A stretch of DNA of 64,000 nucleotides from an uncultured Candidatus Saccharibacteria bacterium (GCA_964566795.1 CAZMIU010000001.1:15388-79387); one strand, 5' to 3'; shown: positions 1 to 10,106, counted from the first letter of the stretch. The notes: generated from the sequence alone by a model not told the origin. Program-made: numbers and translations.

Positions 1-843
1 GCCCTGGCTTATGTTGCGGGTAAACGCCGGGCACGCACTGGTTGCACCGGTTGTGGGCCTGGAGCTGCCAGAGACAGAGCCAGAGGTTTGGGATGCGCCC
101 GCTGTGCTCGAGCTCCTTGCGGCCAGCTGCGCCTTGAGCGATGCGTTTTCGTTTGTCAGGTCGCTAATCTGCTTGAGGAGCGTCGTTACGTACTCGAGCG
201 AGTAGGTGCCCGTTGTGGTTGTGGGGGGTGTGGCTGGTGTAGCGGGGGTGGTTGGTGTTGTGGTGGTTGGCCTGTCGCTGTCGTCATCACAGGTCTTGGG
301 CACGAGCTCTTTGCGCAGGGCGTCGGCATCGTTGTTGCTCATAAACCTGCCCGTGTAGTTGTAACCCGGGCCCACGAGCATCATGCCGCTCGGGCCGTAA
401 AAGAGCGGCAAGGCCTTGGCCGCGGCCTTAAAGGCGTTAAGCGCAGACTGCGCCGCCGTGTGGGTCGAGGGCAGGGTGTAGCTGTCGCAGTTGAGGTCGC
501 GGCATGCCTGGCGCGCCTTGGCCACCTCGTCGTAGCCAAAGTACAGGTCTTTGCGCAAAATCTCCTTGCCGTCGAGGCTGTCGCGGATAGTAGGGCCCTG
601 CGTGATGTCGGGCGATACGTTGGGGGATATGTAGTCCATGGGGGCACTGCCGCCGCGGGCTATAGCCTTGGCAAGCGCGTTGTACTTGGCTTCGTAGTCG
701 GCAAACAGCGCAAGCCAGGTTGCAATCTCGGTCTTGCGCGCCGCAGTGGGTTCGCATGTGGCCGCCTTGGTGTCGTACGTGTAGATAAATGAGCCGGTAA
801 TTGCCACCACTGCGACAAGCGTCGCCATTTGTATGTTCCTCAT
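1..843 (-). CDS. Secreted protein with Pro/Thr linker and coiled coil, probably leading into a peptidoglycan-binding domain (runs off the window edge)
   Basis: Not in the ORF track. Hand translation from ATG at 843: MRNIQMATLVAVVAITG...PTTTTPTTPATP...LLKQISDLTNENASLKAQL...CPAFTRNISQG. The C-x-x-F-T-R-N-x-S-x-G motif usually opens PG_binding_1 domains in CPR proteins. Confidence 0.7.
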   Translation of the reverse strand, partial: MRNIQMATLVAVVAITGSFIYTYDTKAATCEPTAARKTEIATWLALFADYEAKYNALAKAIARGGSAPMDYISPNVSPDITQGPTIRDSLDGKEILRKDLYFGYDEVAKARQACRDLNCDSYTLPSTHTAAQSALNAFKAAAKALPLFYGPSGMMLVGPGYNYTGRFMSNNDADALRKELVPKTCDDDSDRPTTTTPTTPATPATPPTTTTGTYSLEYVTTLLKQISDLTNENASLKAQLAARSSSTAGASQTSGSVSGSSRPTTGATSACPAFTRNISQG

Positions 844-942
844 ATACGTACAAGTGTACCGCCCTTTATACATACAGTAAGACACGTGGGGATAAGACGC
901 ACTATATATGTAGGTGCGGGCTACAATAAGGAGGCGTCCTTT

Positions 943-3462
943 ATGGGGTTTTTACACAGGGCACTTAGTATTCCGGCATACGCGCAGAGAATGCTGCTTG
1001 TTGCGGCCATTTGTGCTGCGGCACTCTTTGCCTTGTTTGGTGCTATGTACGCGCATCGTGCAGAGGCTTGCGGCTTTTGGGGCCCGTGCACGATACCGGT
1101 GTACCTTACGTCCTATACGATAAGCCCCGACCCCATATACACCGGTTTTGGCGGCCCGACCGTTAGCTGGTCGTCAACGCCGGCCGACTTTTGCGTCCTA
1201 TATTTCCCCCCCGGTGGCTCGGTTGTAGTGCCCCCAAGCGGCAGCTACGCCGGTGCCGACTACGGGGCAGGCTGGCATGTGTACACCATTAAGTGCGACA
1301 ACACGGGCGACGCAGACGAGGGCACCACAGGGTTTGTAAACAAAGGCTATACCGCACAAAACTGCCCGGCAGGCTGGAGCCCTGCAAGCCAGACCTCGTG
1401 CAACCCTCCTCCGGCGCCGTACAACGACACTACTGTAGACTGCGCGGCTGAAAACGAGCTGGGTTGCCCCGGCGGCACGTATAACAACACCGGGCAGGTT
1501 ACCAAGCCCACCAGTGGCACCAAGTACCTGACCGTGCGCACCAGCCATGCCCCCAAGACGGGCGACTCCCTGGTTGCTGGCGGTATTGTGCAGCTGCCTG
1601 GTAATGGCTCGGCCGCGGGCTCTGTTAACCCGGACAACTATCCGCTGAGCCCCGGCTCCTACGGTAATGCGCAGGTGGCACGCGGCTCGGCCAATAACTA
1701 CAGCTACGCTATGCCTATTACTGCCTCTACCCCGGCCGGCGTGTACTACTTTTATCCTGTGACCGCGACAAACTTCCATGCGTGGAACAACTATGGCTCC
1801 ACTCCGGGTGGCTGGCAGAGAATGGCGTCTATCACCGTGGTAGAGCCTGCCGTGCTCCCGACAGTCTCTGTGGCTGCCTCGGGTAGTCCTGGCGAGCCCT
1901 CCACTACAGGTACGTTTACCGTCTCTCGTACCGGCTCAACCGGCTCGGCGCTCTCTGTAAACGCAACTATTGGCGGCACGGCCACGCGCTGCACTGCGGC
2001 AAACATCTCTACATGCGCTACATCAACAGACTACCTTTTAACCAACTGCAGTATTAGCAGTACCAACCCTACGGTTACGCTGACTATACCGTCTGGCCAG
2101 GCGTCGTGCGCTATTACGCTTACTCCCAAGGACAACACCAGCGCCGAGTCCTCAGAGACAGCAACGCTCACCATTACAAGTTCAAGCAGCTATTCATTGG
2201 GCGCAACGCTTGGGTCGCTCAGCATTAGCGACAACGACTCGGGCGTGAGCTGTACTAGCGCCTCCAACGGGGGCGCCACTGGCACATACCCCTCATGTAC
2301 CTGCAACAACACAGGCACATATACCTCAAGCTCAAACTCCTGCGGCAACCCCAGCTGCTCGACAGCAACCCCCGGGGGTGCTAGCGGCACATACCCCAGC
2401 TGCACCTGCTCCAACGGCGGCACCTACAGCTCGAGCAACCATACATGCAGCGTCTCCTCGGCCACGTTCCAGATAGATGCCAACGACCCGAGCATTGCCA
2501 AGGGCTCAAGCGACTCGCTTTCTATAACCGCGCGCCGCACCTCGGGGTCGTCAGCGCCTATTTATCCGTACATTATATTCTGGAATGCAGGCAGCGCACC
2601 CTCGGGCGTAACCGAAGGCGGCTTAACCCCCGGCTCGTGCACACCGGGCACCTCGTGGGCTCCATGCGGCTCTGAGACACTCACTGTCTCCACATCGGCA
2701 ACCTCTGGTACATACTCTGGCACGGTGTATTACCTAGACGGCTCGTCACAGCCCATTACGACCCCGTTTACCCTCACGATTACGGCAGCGGCCGCCTTCT
2801 CCTTTACTCTCTCACCCAACAGCTACAATGTATCCGCGACGCCGGGCCAGACCGTAACAAATACTATCGGGGCCTACGCGCTCTCGGGGAGCGGCACGGT
2901 AGACGGGTTTTATGCGACCGTGCCTGATGGCTGGTCGTACAGCTTCCCCGCGCCCAACTCCTGCACCGCCACCAACCTTAGCTGTGCGACTATGGAGATA
3001 AACGTACCAGCAGGCGCTACGCCGGGCGAGTATCCTGTGTCGGTCTATGCAAGCGGCAGCGGCTCTACCTCGGGCAGTGGCTCCTTTTCAGTCAATATTG
3101 CAGGCGAGGGCGGCGGTGGAGGCGGCCTTGTTGTCGAGGTGTTAACTGGCGATGACGCGGGCGAGCCCGGGACCGGGCAGGGGAGTGGTACCTTTGCGCT
3201 CTCGCGCACGGGTGGCGAGTATGGAGTATCAGTCGATCTGCCGGTCTACTTTGAGATATCCGGTACAGCAGTGTATGGCGAGGATTATACGCTTGATGGC
3301 ACCTGCAGCTCTATAACCATTAATGGTGCCACGATACCCACAGGTAGTGCCTCGTGTGTAATAGAGGTTATACCGATAGGCGACTCGCCTCTTGAGGAGA
3401 GCCCCGAGACAGTTACCATAACGCTGCTCCCGGGCCCATACACCGGTGGGACCACCCCTTAG
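943..3462 (+). CDS. Large Cys/Ser/Thr-rich surface protein with Calx-beta-like and EGF-like modules
   Basis: N-terminal hydrophobic signal; two Calx-beta-like segments (GTFTVSRTG...ESSETATLTI, GTFALSRTG...ESPETVTITL); paired GTYPSCTC repeats; AAGGAGG upstream of ATG 943. Confidence 0.75.
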   Translation: MGFLHRALSIPAYAQRMLLVAAICAAALFALFGAMYAHRAEACGFWGPCTIPVYLTSYTISPDPIYTGFGGPTVSWSSTPADFCVLYFPPGGSVVVPPSGSYAGADYGAGWHVYTIKCDNTGDADEGTTGFVNKGYTAQNCPAGWSPASQTSCNPPPAPYNDTTVDCAAENELGCPGGTYNNTGQVTKPTSGTKYLTVRTSHAPKTGDSLVAGGIVQLPGNGSAAGSVNPDNYPLSPGSYGNAQVARGSANNYSYAMPITASTPAGVYYFYPVTATNFHAWNNYGSTPGGWQRMASITVVEPAVLPTVSVAASGSPGEPSTTGTFTVSRTGSTGSALSVNATIGGTATRCTAANISTCATSTDYLLTNCSISSTNPTVTLTIPSGQASCAITLTPKDNTSAESSETATLTITSSSSYSLGATLGSLSISDNDSGVSCTSASNGGATGTYPSCTCNNTGTYTSSSNSCGNPSCSTATPGGASGTYPSCTCSNGGTYSSSNHTCSVSSATFQIDANDPSIAKGSSDSLSITARRTSGSSAPIYPYIIFWNAGSAPSGVTEGGLTPGSCTPGTSWAPCGSETLTVSTSATSGTYSGTVYYLDGSSQPITTPFTLTITAAAAFSFTLSPNSYNVSATPGQTVTNTIGAYALSGSGTVDGFYATVPDGWSYSFPAPNSCTATNLSCATMEINVPAGATPGEYPVSVYASGSGSTSGSGSFSVNIAGEGGGGGGLVVEVLTGDDAGEPGTGQGSGTFALSRTGGEYGVSVDLPVYFEISGTAVYGEDYTLDGTCSSITINGATIPTGSASCVIEVIPIGDSPLEESPETVTITLLPGPYTGGTTP

Positions 3463-3480
3463 CTGCATATGTAATTATCC

Positions 3481-5022
3481 ATGACTATCCGCACCATGAT
3501 ACATCGCTACGCCACAGCTAAGACCATACCGCTTGTCGTGTTGGCCGTGTTCTTGCTGGCGCAGATTGTCTGGGTCTCGCTGTCGCCCACGCTGGTCCAG
3601 GCCGCGCCCACGATATCAAGCGCAACTAATGGCACCATGACCTCCTCGCTCAACCCCACGGGTACCAAGAACGTGTCGTTTAACTCCGGCTCTGGCACAG
3701 GGCGCATGTTGGTTGTTGTGGTGGGCTCAGACGACCGCACCAATAAAATGACCAGTGTCATGTATGACGGTTTTACCATGACACAAGCGTATGGCACGGG
3801 CCAACTTGCGCCGAGCACGGCAACGGCGCGCGTGCAGCTCTTTTACCTTCCTATTGACGAAAACACCACAGGCGCCAACAATGTCAGCTTTACCGCGTCT
3901 GCGCCGGACAACTACGCATATGTCATTGCCTATGTCTCGGGTGCCGACACCACCTCCGTGGGCACGGTTAATAACAACTCCGGCACAGGCTCTACGCTTT
4001 CTGTTACCAATGTGCCCTCTGAGACAGACTCGCTTATCGTGACTGCGTTTGGCAGCAACTCGACCACCGCATTCTCGCCCTCTGGGGGCTCTACAGAAGT
4101 AACAAGTGGCGAGGTGAGCGCTACCGGCATACGTGCAGGCATGTATATCAAAACTGGAGGTTCAGCGGGCGTGTCTGTAAGCACAGCCGCCTCGGGTGGC
4201 AATGACGGTTGGGGGGCCATCTCACTTGAGATAAAACTGCCTGTCGTGCTCCCGACAGTTAGTGTGGCGTCTCAAGACACCGAGGCCCAGGAGCCGGGGC
4301 AGGAAACACCGGCAGACTCGGCCTCCTTTATGCTTGCGCACACGGGAGAGGATAAACTTGGTGCCGTCGATGTAAATTTTTTTATCACAGGATCTGCTGA
4401 CACGTACGACGATTATGCTTTCGACTTGGACAACAGCACATGTGACAGCATAAGCGGCGACAGCGCGACAATCCCTGCTTATCAGGACTCCTGCACGGTT
4501 GTGATACTCCCAGAGTATGACGAACAGCAGGAGGACACGGAGACCGTAGAGATGTATCTGGACGATGGGTCCGATTATCTGGTGGGAGAAAGCGGCACTA
4601 GAGAGACTATATATATAGATGATACGCCACCCGGCACCGGAGGCGGGACTATAGACTGCGGTGAGCAGCCGGAGGTGTGCGCGGCACTTGACTACGAGAT
4701 ACAATCGCCCGGTTTTGCCTCGATGTATATATATGATGCCGACACTGTGCCCGCGGGCGTGATTGTAGAACCGGGGCTCACCGCAGTGCCCACGCGCGTG
4801 CAAAACGGCGGCGTCGCTACGCTCTCGTGGAGCGTAAGTGGCATGAGCAGCTGCTCTATAGACAACGGCGTGGGCTCGGTAGACGCGACAGACGGCCAGC
4901 ATACGGCAACGACCCCAGCCATAACCACCCGCACCACCTTTACGCTTACCTGCTCGGACGGGTCGGCAAGCGTACTATCGAGAGCCACGGTGGGGATAGT
5001 GCCGACGTTTATCGAGCAGTAA
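3481..5022 (+). CDS. Secreted surface protein with Calx-beta-like and C-terminal Ig-like domain
   Basis: Signal/TM segment; EDTETVEMYL Calx-beta-like motif; LSWSV...C...TTFTLTC C-terminal module. Confidence 0.75.
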   Translation: MTIRTMIHRYATAKTIPLVVLAVFLLAQIVWVSLSPTLVQAAPTISSATNGTMTSSLNPTGTKNVSFNSGSGTGRMLVVVVGSDDRTNKMTSVMYDGFTMTQAYGTGQLAPSTATARVQLFYLPIDENTTGANNVSFTASAPDNYAYVIAYVSGADTTSVGTVNNNSGTGSTLSVTNVPSETDSLIVTAFGSNSTTAFSPSGGSTEVTSGEVSATGIRAGMYIKTGGSAGVSVSTAASGGNDGWGAISLEIKLPVVLPTVSVASQDTEAQEPGQETPADSASFMLAHTGEDKLGAVDVNFFITGSADTYDDYAFDLDNSTCDSISGDSATIPAYQDSCTVVILPEYDEQQEDTETVEMYLDDGSDYLVGESGTRETIYIDDTPPGTGGGTIDCGEQPEVCAALDYEIQSPGFASMYIYDADTVPAGVIVEPGLTAVPTRVQNGGVATLSWSVSGMSSCSIDNGVGSVDATDGQHTATTPAITTRTTFTLTCSDGSASVLSRATVGIVPTFIEQ

Positions 5023-5038
5023 CGTATACTCTTATTAT

Positions 5039-5470
5039 ATGGACACCAAAGCAGTCGTAACCGGGTCAATCGCGCTTGTTATTATTGCCGCAGTGCTTGC
5101 GGGCGCGTATGTTGTAACGTCGCGCGGGCAGGCTCCCAAGGCGCTGCCGCTTGACCAAGCCTACGCTACCCCTGCGTCTGTTGTACTCACCCACACTACC
5201 TCCGCAGATAAGCACATATACACCGGCACTATCCCCATGACCTCAACCTGCAACAAGGTGGGTTCCGGTATCTCGTATGACGTGGTAGACGGCCGCATTA
5301 AGGCCTCGCTGGCCATAGGCATACTGAGGGCCGAGGACGGACACTGCGAGGGGGTTGCCACCGGAGCGACCCAGAGCTTTACCACCTCCTTTGTGCCGCC
5401 GCACAATCTCCCGGTAGACCTTATAAAAGTATCGGTTAACGGCAAGGAGGTTGCGTTTACGCAAAACTAG
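5039..5470 (+). CDS. Membrane-anchored hypothetical protein
   Basis: N-terminal TM helix, two Cys; TATACT 8 nt before ATG; abuts gap. Confidence 0.7.
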   Translation: MDTKAVVTGSIALVIIAAVLAGAYVVTSRGQAPKALPLDQAYATPASVVLTHTTSADKHIYTGTIPMTSTCNKVGSGISYDVVDGRIKASLAIGILRAEDGHCEGVATGATQSFTTSFVPPHNLPVDLIKVSVNGKEVAFTQN

Positions 5471-5472
5471 CT

Positions 5473-6486
5473 ATGGCTGTCAAGGTCGCTATAAACGGCT
5501 TTGGACGCATCGGCCGAGCTTGTATGCGTGCGGCAGTGCACGACCCGGATATTGATATTGTTGCCATTAACGACTTGGGCAGCGTCGGGAATTTGGCATA
5601 TCTCTTGAAGTACGACACGGTGTATGGGCGCTTTCCGGCGCCGGTCACGTATGAGCCCGGCGTGCTTGTGGTGGGCGCCAAGCGCATCCAGGTTGTAAGC
5701 GAGAAGGAGCCTGGCAACCTGCCGTGGGGCGCGCTTGGCGTTGATGTTGTTATAGAGTCGACCGGCATATTTGCAGACTACGAGAAGGCGCACGCCCACG
5801 TTGTGGCCGGTGCCAAGCATGTGGTGATTTCAGCCCCGGTTAAGGACGAGAACCCCCTGGGCGCAACCGTGCTTATAGGAGTTAACGAGCAGAAGGCTGC
5901 CGCATGCCCCGTAACTTCCAATGCCTCGTGCACCACAAACTCGGCCAGCCCGATAATTGCGATACTCGATGAGGCACTGGGGATTGAGCGCGCCATACTC
6001 TCGACTGTACACGGCTACACCGCAAGCCAGGCGCTGGTAGACGGGCCCTCTAAAAAGGATATGAAGGAGGGCCGCGCCGCCGCACAAAACATTGTCCCGA
6101 CCTCGACCGGCGCCGCTATTGCTGTAACCAAGGCGTATCCGAACCTGGCGGGCAAGTTTGATGGCATTAGCCTGAGAGTCCCGGTGCCGGCAGGCTCTAT
6201 TGCAGACATTACCTTTGTGCCTAAGCGCCCAACGACAAGAGAAGAGGTTAATAAAATATTAAGCGACGCCGCACAGAGCCCGCGCTGGCAGGGCATATTT
6301 GCAACGACGACAGAGGAGCTTGTCTCAAGCGACATACTAGGCGAGCCGTATGCAAGCATTGCCGACCTGGGGCTAACGCGGGTTGTCGAGGGCCGGCTGG
6401 TAAAGGTGATGGCCTGGTACGACAACGAGATGGGATATGTACACACGCTCCTGCGCCACGCCAAACGCGCCGCCGGCGTCCAATAA
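5473..6486 (+). CDS. gap: Type I glyceraldehyde-3-phosphate dehydrogenase
   Basis: INGFGRIGR, NASCTTN catalytic motif, WYDNE. Confidence 0.97.
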   Translation: MAVKVAINGFGRIGRACMRAAVHDPDIDIVAINDLGSVGNLAYLLKYDTVYGRFPAPVTYEPGVLVVGAKRIQVVSEKEPGNLPWGALGVDVVIESTGIFADYEKAHAHVVAGAKHVVISAPVKDENPLGATVLIGVNEQKAAACPVTSNASCTTNSASPIIAILDEALGIERAILSTVHGYTASQALVDGPSKKDMKEGRAAAQNIVPTSTGAAIAVTKAYPNLAGKFDGISLRVPVPAGSIADITFVPKRPTTREEVNKILSDAAQSPRWQGIFATTTEELVSSDILGEPYASIADLGLTRVVEGRLVKVMAWYDNEMGYVHTLLRHAKRAAGVQ

Positions 6487-6515
6487 GAACTAAGATGCGA
6501 AACAGACCCGCATTT

Positions 6516-6533
6516 ACCTATCACTACCTATAG
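6516..6533. repeat. Left arm of 18-bp inverted repeat flanking the PaaX/Cas2-like gene
   Basis: ACCTATCACTACCTATAG is the exact reverse complement of 7102-7119. Confidence 0.85.
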
Positions 6534-6547
6534 GGTAGGATCGGCGC

Positions 6548-7084
6548 ATGCATAAAAAGGGCGATATAGCCTATATACTCTTAGGTGTGCTAGTGGTAGC
6601 AGGCGTAATTGCCGCAATTGCCTTGGCTCCCGGGCTGGGTGCCGCGTTAAAACTGATCGACCCAAACCCCCGCAAAGCTGTTGCAAAGGCAGACCGTGCC
6701 TTAAGAAGTCTTGTTAAGTCTAATAAGGTCATCCTGACCAAGAAGGGGTATGTCCTAACTACAAAAGGAGAACAGGACTATCTCCGGGGGCAATTTGATA
6801 GGTATACATTTCCTACACCTCGTACGTGGGATAAGAAGTGGAGGGTTATCTGCTTTGATGTTCCAGAAAAGAAGAAGCACGTACGACGGCTGTTGCACGA
6901 CAAGTTAAAAACACTTGGGTGTTACCGGCTTCAAGATTCGGTGTTTGTTACACCGTATTCTTGTGCAGAATTTTTAAAAGTAGCTCATGGTGCGTATGGA
7001 CTCTCAGACTATGTACGCGGCATGGTAGTAACCGATATCGACAAAAAAGAAGCACTCCACTCGTTCTTTCGCTTACCAGTTTGA
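6548..7084 (+). CDS. PaaX-family regulator (wHTH remnant plus Cas2-like ferredoxin-fold C domain)
   Basis: YVLTTKG wing; WDKKWRVICFDVPE and LQDSVF motifs typical of the PaaX central/Cas2-like domain; visibly more AT-rich than its neighbours. Confidence 0.8.
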   Translation: MHKKGDIAYILLGVLVVAGVIAAIALAPGLGAALKLIDPNPRKAVAKADRALRSLVKSNKVILTKKGYVLTTKGEQDYLRGQFDRYTFPTPRTWDKKWRVICFDVPEKKKHVRRLLHDKLKTLGCYRLQDSVFVTPYSCAEFLKVAHGAYGLSDYVRGMVVTDIDKKEALHSFFRLPV

Positions 7085-7087
7085 TTA

Positions 7088-7119
7088 TTACCTATCACAC
7101 GCTATAGGTAGTGATAGGT
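7088..7119. repeat. Right inverted-repeat arm and palindrome downstream of the PaaX/Cas2-like gene
   Basis: ACCTATCAC-N12-GTGATAGGT hairpin; contains the reverse complement of 6516-6533 and a direct copy of 6514-6524. Confidence 0.85.
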
Positions 7120-7169
7120 TTTTTGTGGAATATAGAGGTGGTTTTGGTAGGGTGGTTTATACTAGAGAG

Positions 7170-7616
7170 GTGAAGATTTTTCTCGCTTCAGATCATGCCG
7201 GGTTTGAACTCAAGCAGAAGCTTGCTGATTTTCTGATGCAGGAGGGGCACGAGGTGGAGGATATGGGTCCTACGCGCCTTAACCCGGCAGACGACTACCC
7301 CGACTACATCACGCCCTGTGCAAAAAAAGTGGCGCAGACGCATGAAAGCATGGGTATTGTAGCGGGGATGTCCGGCCAGGGAGAGGCTATGGCGGCCAAC
7401 CGCGTGCGCGGCGTGCGCGCCGCGGTGTATTACGGCGGTCCGCAGGAGATTTTAAAATTGTCGCGCCAGCACAACGATGCCAACGTGCTGTCCTTTGGTG
7501 CGCGTTTTGTTACAGCGGATGAGGCGGCCAAAGCCGCACAGCTGTGGCTCAATACGCACTTTGAGCACGACGAGCGGCATCAGCGCCGGATTTTAAAGAT
7601 GGACTATGGGAATTGA
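7170..7616 (+). CDS. rpiB: Ribose-5-phosphate isomerase B
   Basis: ASDHAG, DDYPD, SGQGE, HNDANVL, RHQRRI; GTG start 6 nt after TATACT. Confidence 0.93.
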   Translation: MKIFLASDHAGFELKQKLADFLMQEGHEVEDMGPTRLNPADDYPDYITPCAKKVAQTHESMGIVAGMSGQGEAMAANRVRGVRAAVYYGGPQEILKLSRQHNDANVLSFGARFVTADEAAKAAQLWLNTHFEHDERHQRRILKMDYGN

Positions 7617-8244
7617 GATTGTGCCCGCGCTGTTGGTGCGCAGTAAAGAAGACTTACTGGCAGGCCTTGAGAAGCTGCGCGGCTGTGCGCCGTGGGTGCA
7701 GATAGACATGGTGGAGAGGAACTATCTGGAGGGGGAGGAGAGCTTCCCTCTGTGGGAGGAGTTTAACTTTGAGGCAGACCTCATGACAAGAAGCCAGGCA
7801 AAAGACGCCGAGGCTATGGTGGCTCTGGGTGCCGGGCGCGTTGTAGTACACGCACACGCAGATGCGCTTGCGGCACTTGAGGCAATGCAAAAGTACCGCG
7901 CGGGCGACTATGGGGTTGAGGTTGGCGTGGCGCTACACCCAGACCAGGCGCCGGAAACCCTGTCGACTTTTGACGGGCTATACGACTACGTGCAGGTTAT
8001 GGGCATTGCAGCGGAAGGCAGGCAGGGGCAGGAGCCAGACGCGCGTGCCGTAGCGCTTGTACAGGCCCTGCGCCACAGCTACCCTAGCTTACTTATACAG
8101 GTAGACGGCGCTGTGGCTGCGCGCGCACGGGAGCTTGCGCAGGCGGGTGCGAGCCGGCTTGTTGTGGGCGGTGCCATTGCACAGGCCGACAATCCAAAGG
8201 CAGAGCTCAAGGCGTTATATACTAGAGCAAATGGCTCTGAGTGA
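7606..8244 (+). CDS. rpe: Divergent ribulose-phosphate 3-epimerase
   Basis: IVPAL, QID, VQVMG...GRQGQ, IQVDG motifs; lies between rpiB and tkt. Confidence 0.8.
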   Translation: MGIEIVPALLVRSKEDLLAGLEKLRGCAPWVQIDMVERNYLEGEESFPLWEEFNFEADLMTRSQAKDAEAMVALGAGRVVVHAHADALAALEAMQKYRAGDYGVEVGVALHPDQAPETLSTFDGLYDYVQVMGIAAEGRQGQEPDARAVALVQALRHSYPSLLIQVDGAVAARARELAQAGASRLVVGGAIAQADNPKAELKALYTRANGSE

Positions 8245-9115
8245 TAAGCAAATAAAAGAGTTGGAGCTGCAGGCCGAAGGCATACGCGAGACCATTGTAG
8301 AGATGCTGGTCGCGGCGGGCTCGGGGCACACCGCAGGCCCCTTGGGCATGGCCGACATCTTTGCCGCGCTCTACTTCCATGTCCTCAGCCACAACCCCGA
8401 GCATCCGGAGTGGGAAGACAGGGACCGCCTCATACTCTCAAACGGGCATATTGTGCCGGTGCGGTATGCCGCGATGGCGCATGCGGGCTACTTTCCCCTC
8501 CCGGAGGCGCTCACTTTGCGCAAGTTTGGCACGAGGCTCCAGGGTCACCCGGAGCGCGAGCGCCTGCCCGGCATGGAGACCACATCGGGGCCGCTGGGCT
8601 CTGGACTCGGCCAGGCTGCGGGCGTGGCCTATGGCCTTAGGATGGACTCTAAAAAGGCGCGGGTGTACTGCGCGATGTCTGACGGCGAGCACGACTGCGG
8701 CAATGTGTGGGAGTCGGCGATGTTTGCCGGCGCCAACAAGCTCTCAAACCTTACCGGGATTATAGACCGCAACAACATACAGATTAACGGCATGACGGAA
8801 AATGTCATGCCGCTTGAGAACCTGCGGGGAAAGTACGAGGCGTTTAACTGGCATGTGATTGAGATAGACGGACACAACATGCGCGAGTTTATAGACGCAG
8901 TGGGGCAGGCCAAGGCAGTGTACGAGCGCCCCACGGTCATCATTGCGCACACGATACCGGGCAAGGGCGTAAAAGAGATAGAGTTTGACTACCGATGGCA
9001 CGGCGTGCCGCCGGGCAAAGGGCCCACAGATGTTATCCCGGCAGACAAGCAGGCAGAGGTGTTCCTCAAAGAACTGCGCACCCTTAAGGGCAAGATTCAA
9101 TCTGAACACGAATAA
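8231..9115 (+). CDS. tkt: Transketolase, N-terminal (TPP-binding) subunit
   Basis: SGH, RDRLILSNGH, LQGHP, SDGE...N TPP motif, HTIPGKG. Confidence 0.93.
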   Translation: MALSDKQIKELELQAEGIRETIVEMLVAAGSGHTAGPLGMADIFAALYFHVLSHNPEHPEWEDRDRLILSNGHIVPVRYAAMAHAGYFPLPEALTLRKFGTRLQGHPERERLPGMETTSGPLGSGLGQAAGVAYGLRMDSKKARVYCAMSDGEHDCGNVWESAMFAGANKLSNLTGIIDRNNIQINGMTENVMPLENLRGKYEAFNWHVIEIDGHNMREFIDAVGQAKAVYERPTVIIAHTIPGKGVKEIEFDYRWHGVPPGKGPTDVIPADKQAEVFLKELRTLKGKIQSEHE

Positions 9116-9116
9116 T

Positions 9117-10106
9117 ATGTTGAAGGCTGACTCACATATACAGGAGAATATTTTTGACAAGCCCGACATGGCAGCTACGCGCGACGGGTTTGGGGCAGCG
9201 CTCCTGGAGCTTGGCGAGATAAATAAACAGGTAGTGGTATTGTGCGCCGACTTGGCCGAGAGTACACGCACATTGGCGTTTAAAGAAAAGTACCCCGGCC
9301 GCTACATAGAGCTGGGCGTGGCCGAGCAGAATATGGCTACCGTAGCGTCTGGCTTGGCAAACTACGGCAAGATACCGTTTATCACAAGCTACGCCGCCTT
9401 TAGCCCGGGGCGCAACAACGAGCAGATACGCACTACTATAAGCCTCAACAATGTGCCGGTTAAGATTGCGGGCGCGCACGCAGGAGTCTCGGTTGGGCCC
9501 GATGGCGCGACACACCAGGCGCTTGAGGACCTGGCGCTCATGCGTGTGCAACCCAACATGACCGTGATAAGCCCATGCGACAGCGAGGAGGCGCGCAAGG
9601 CAACGCTCGCTGCGGCAGCGCACCTAGGGCCCGTGTACATTAGGCTTGCGCGCGAGAAGTCGCCCGTACTGACCACGCAGGAGACCCCGTTTGTAATCGG
9701 AAAGGCTGTGGTGGTCTGGGAGAGCGAGCATAAACCCGAGGTTGTGGTGTTTGCCACCGGGCCGCTCCTTGCGGAGGCTCTGAAGGTGGCGCACGAGCTT
9801 GAGCACGCACTGCCCATGGCGGTTATTAATATTGCAACGATAAAACCCCTGGACCGCGAGACAATCGTGCACTACTCGCGCGACGCCGGTGCGGTAGTAA
9901 CCGTGGAGGAGCATCAGGTTGCCGGCGGGCTTGGGGGCGCTGTTGCAGAGGTGTTGGCTGAGCAATGTCCTGTGCCTGTGGAGATGGTGGGGGTCCGCGA
10001 CTCGTTTGGACAGTCGGGAGAGGTGGGAGAGCTGTATGAATATTATAAACTAAGCGCGCCTCATATTAAGGCCGCGATACAAAGGGTACATGCGCGCAGA
10101 AATTAA
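9117..10106 (+). CDS. tkt: Transketolase, C-terminal subunit
   Basis: ADLAES, GVAEQ, GPDGATHQ, TVEEH. Confidence 0.93.
   Translation: MLKADSHIQENIFDKPDMAATRDGFGAALLELGEINKQVVVLCADLAESTRTLAFKEKYPGRYIELGVAEQNMATVASGLANYGKIPFITSYAAFSPGRNNEQIRTTISLNNVPVKIAGAHAGVSVGPDGATHQALEDLALMRVQPNMTVISPCDSEEARKATLAAAAHLGPVYIRLAREKSPVLTTQETPFVIGKAVVVWESEHKPEVVVFATGPLLAEALKVAHELEHALPMAVINIATIKPLDRETIVHYSRDAGAVVTVEEHQVAGGLGGAVAEVLAEQCPVPVEMVGVRDSFGQSGEVGELYEYYKLSAPHIKAAIQRVHARRN

Noticed and set aside
6548-7084. CRISPR-Cas locus suggested by Cas2-like and Cas4-like (59645) proteins
   Set aside because: No repeat-spacer array or cas1 in the window; the genes are 52 kb apart and the nuclease lacks the Cas4 cysteines.
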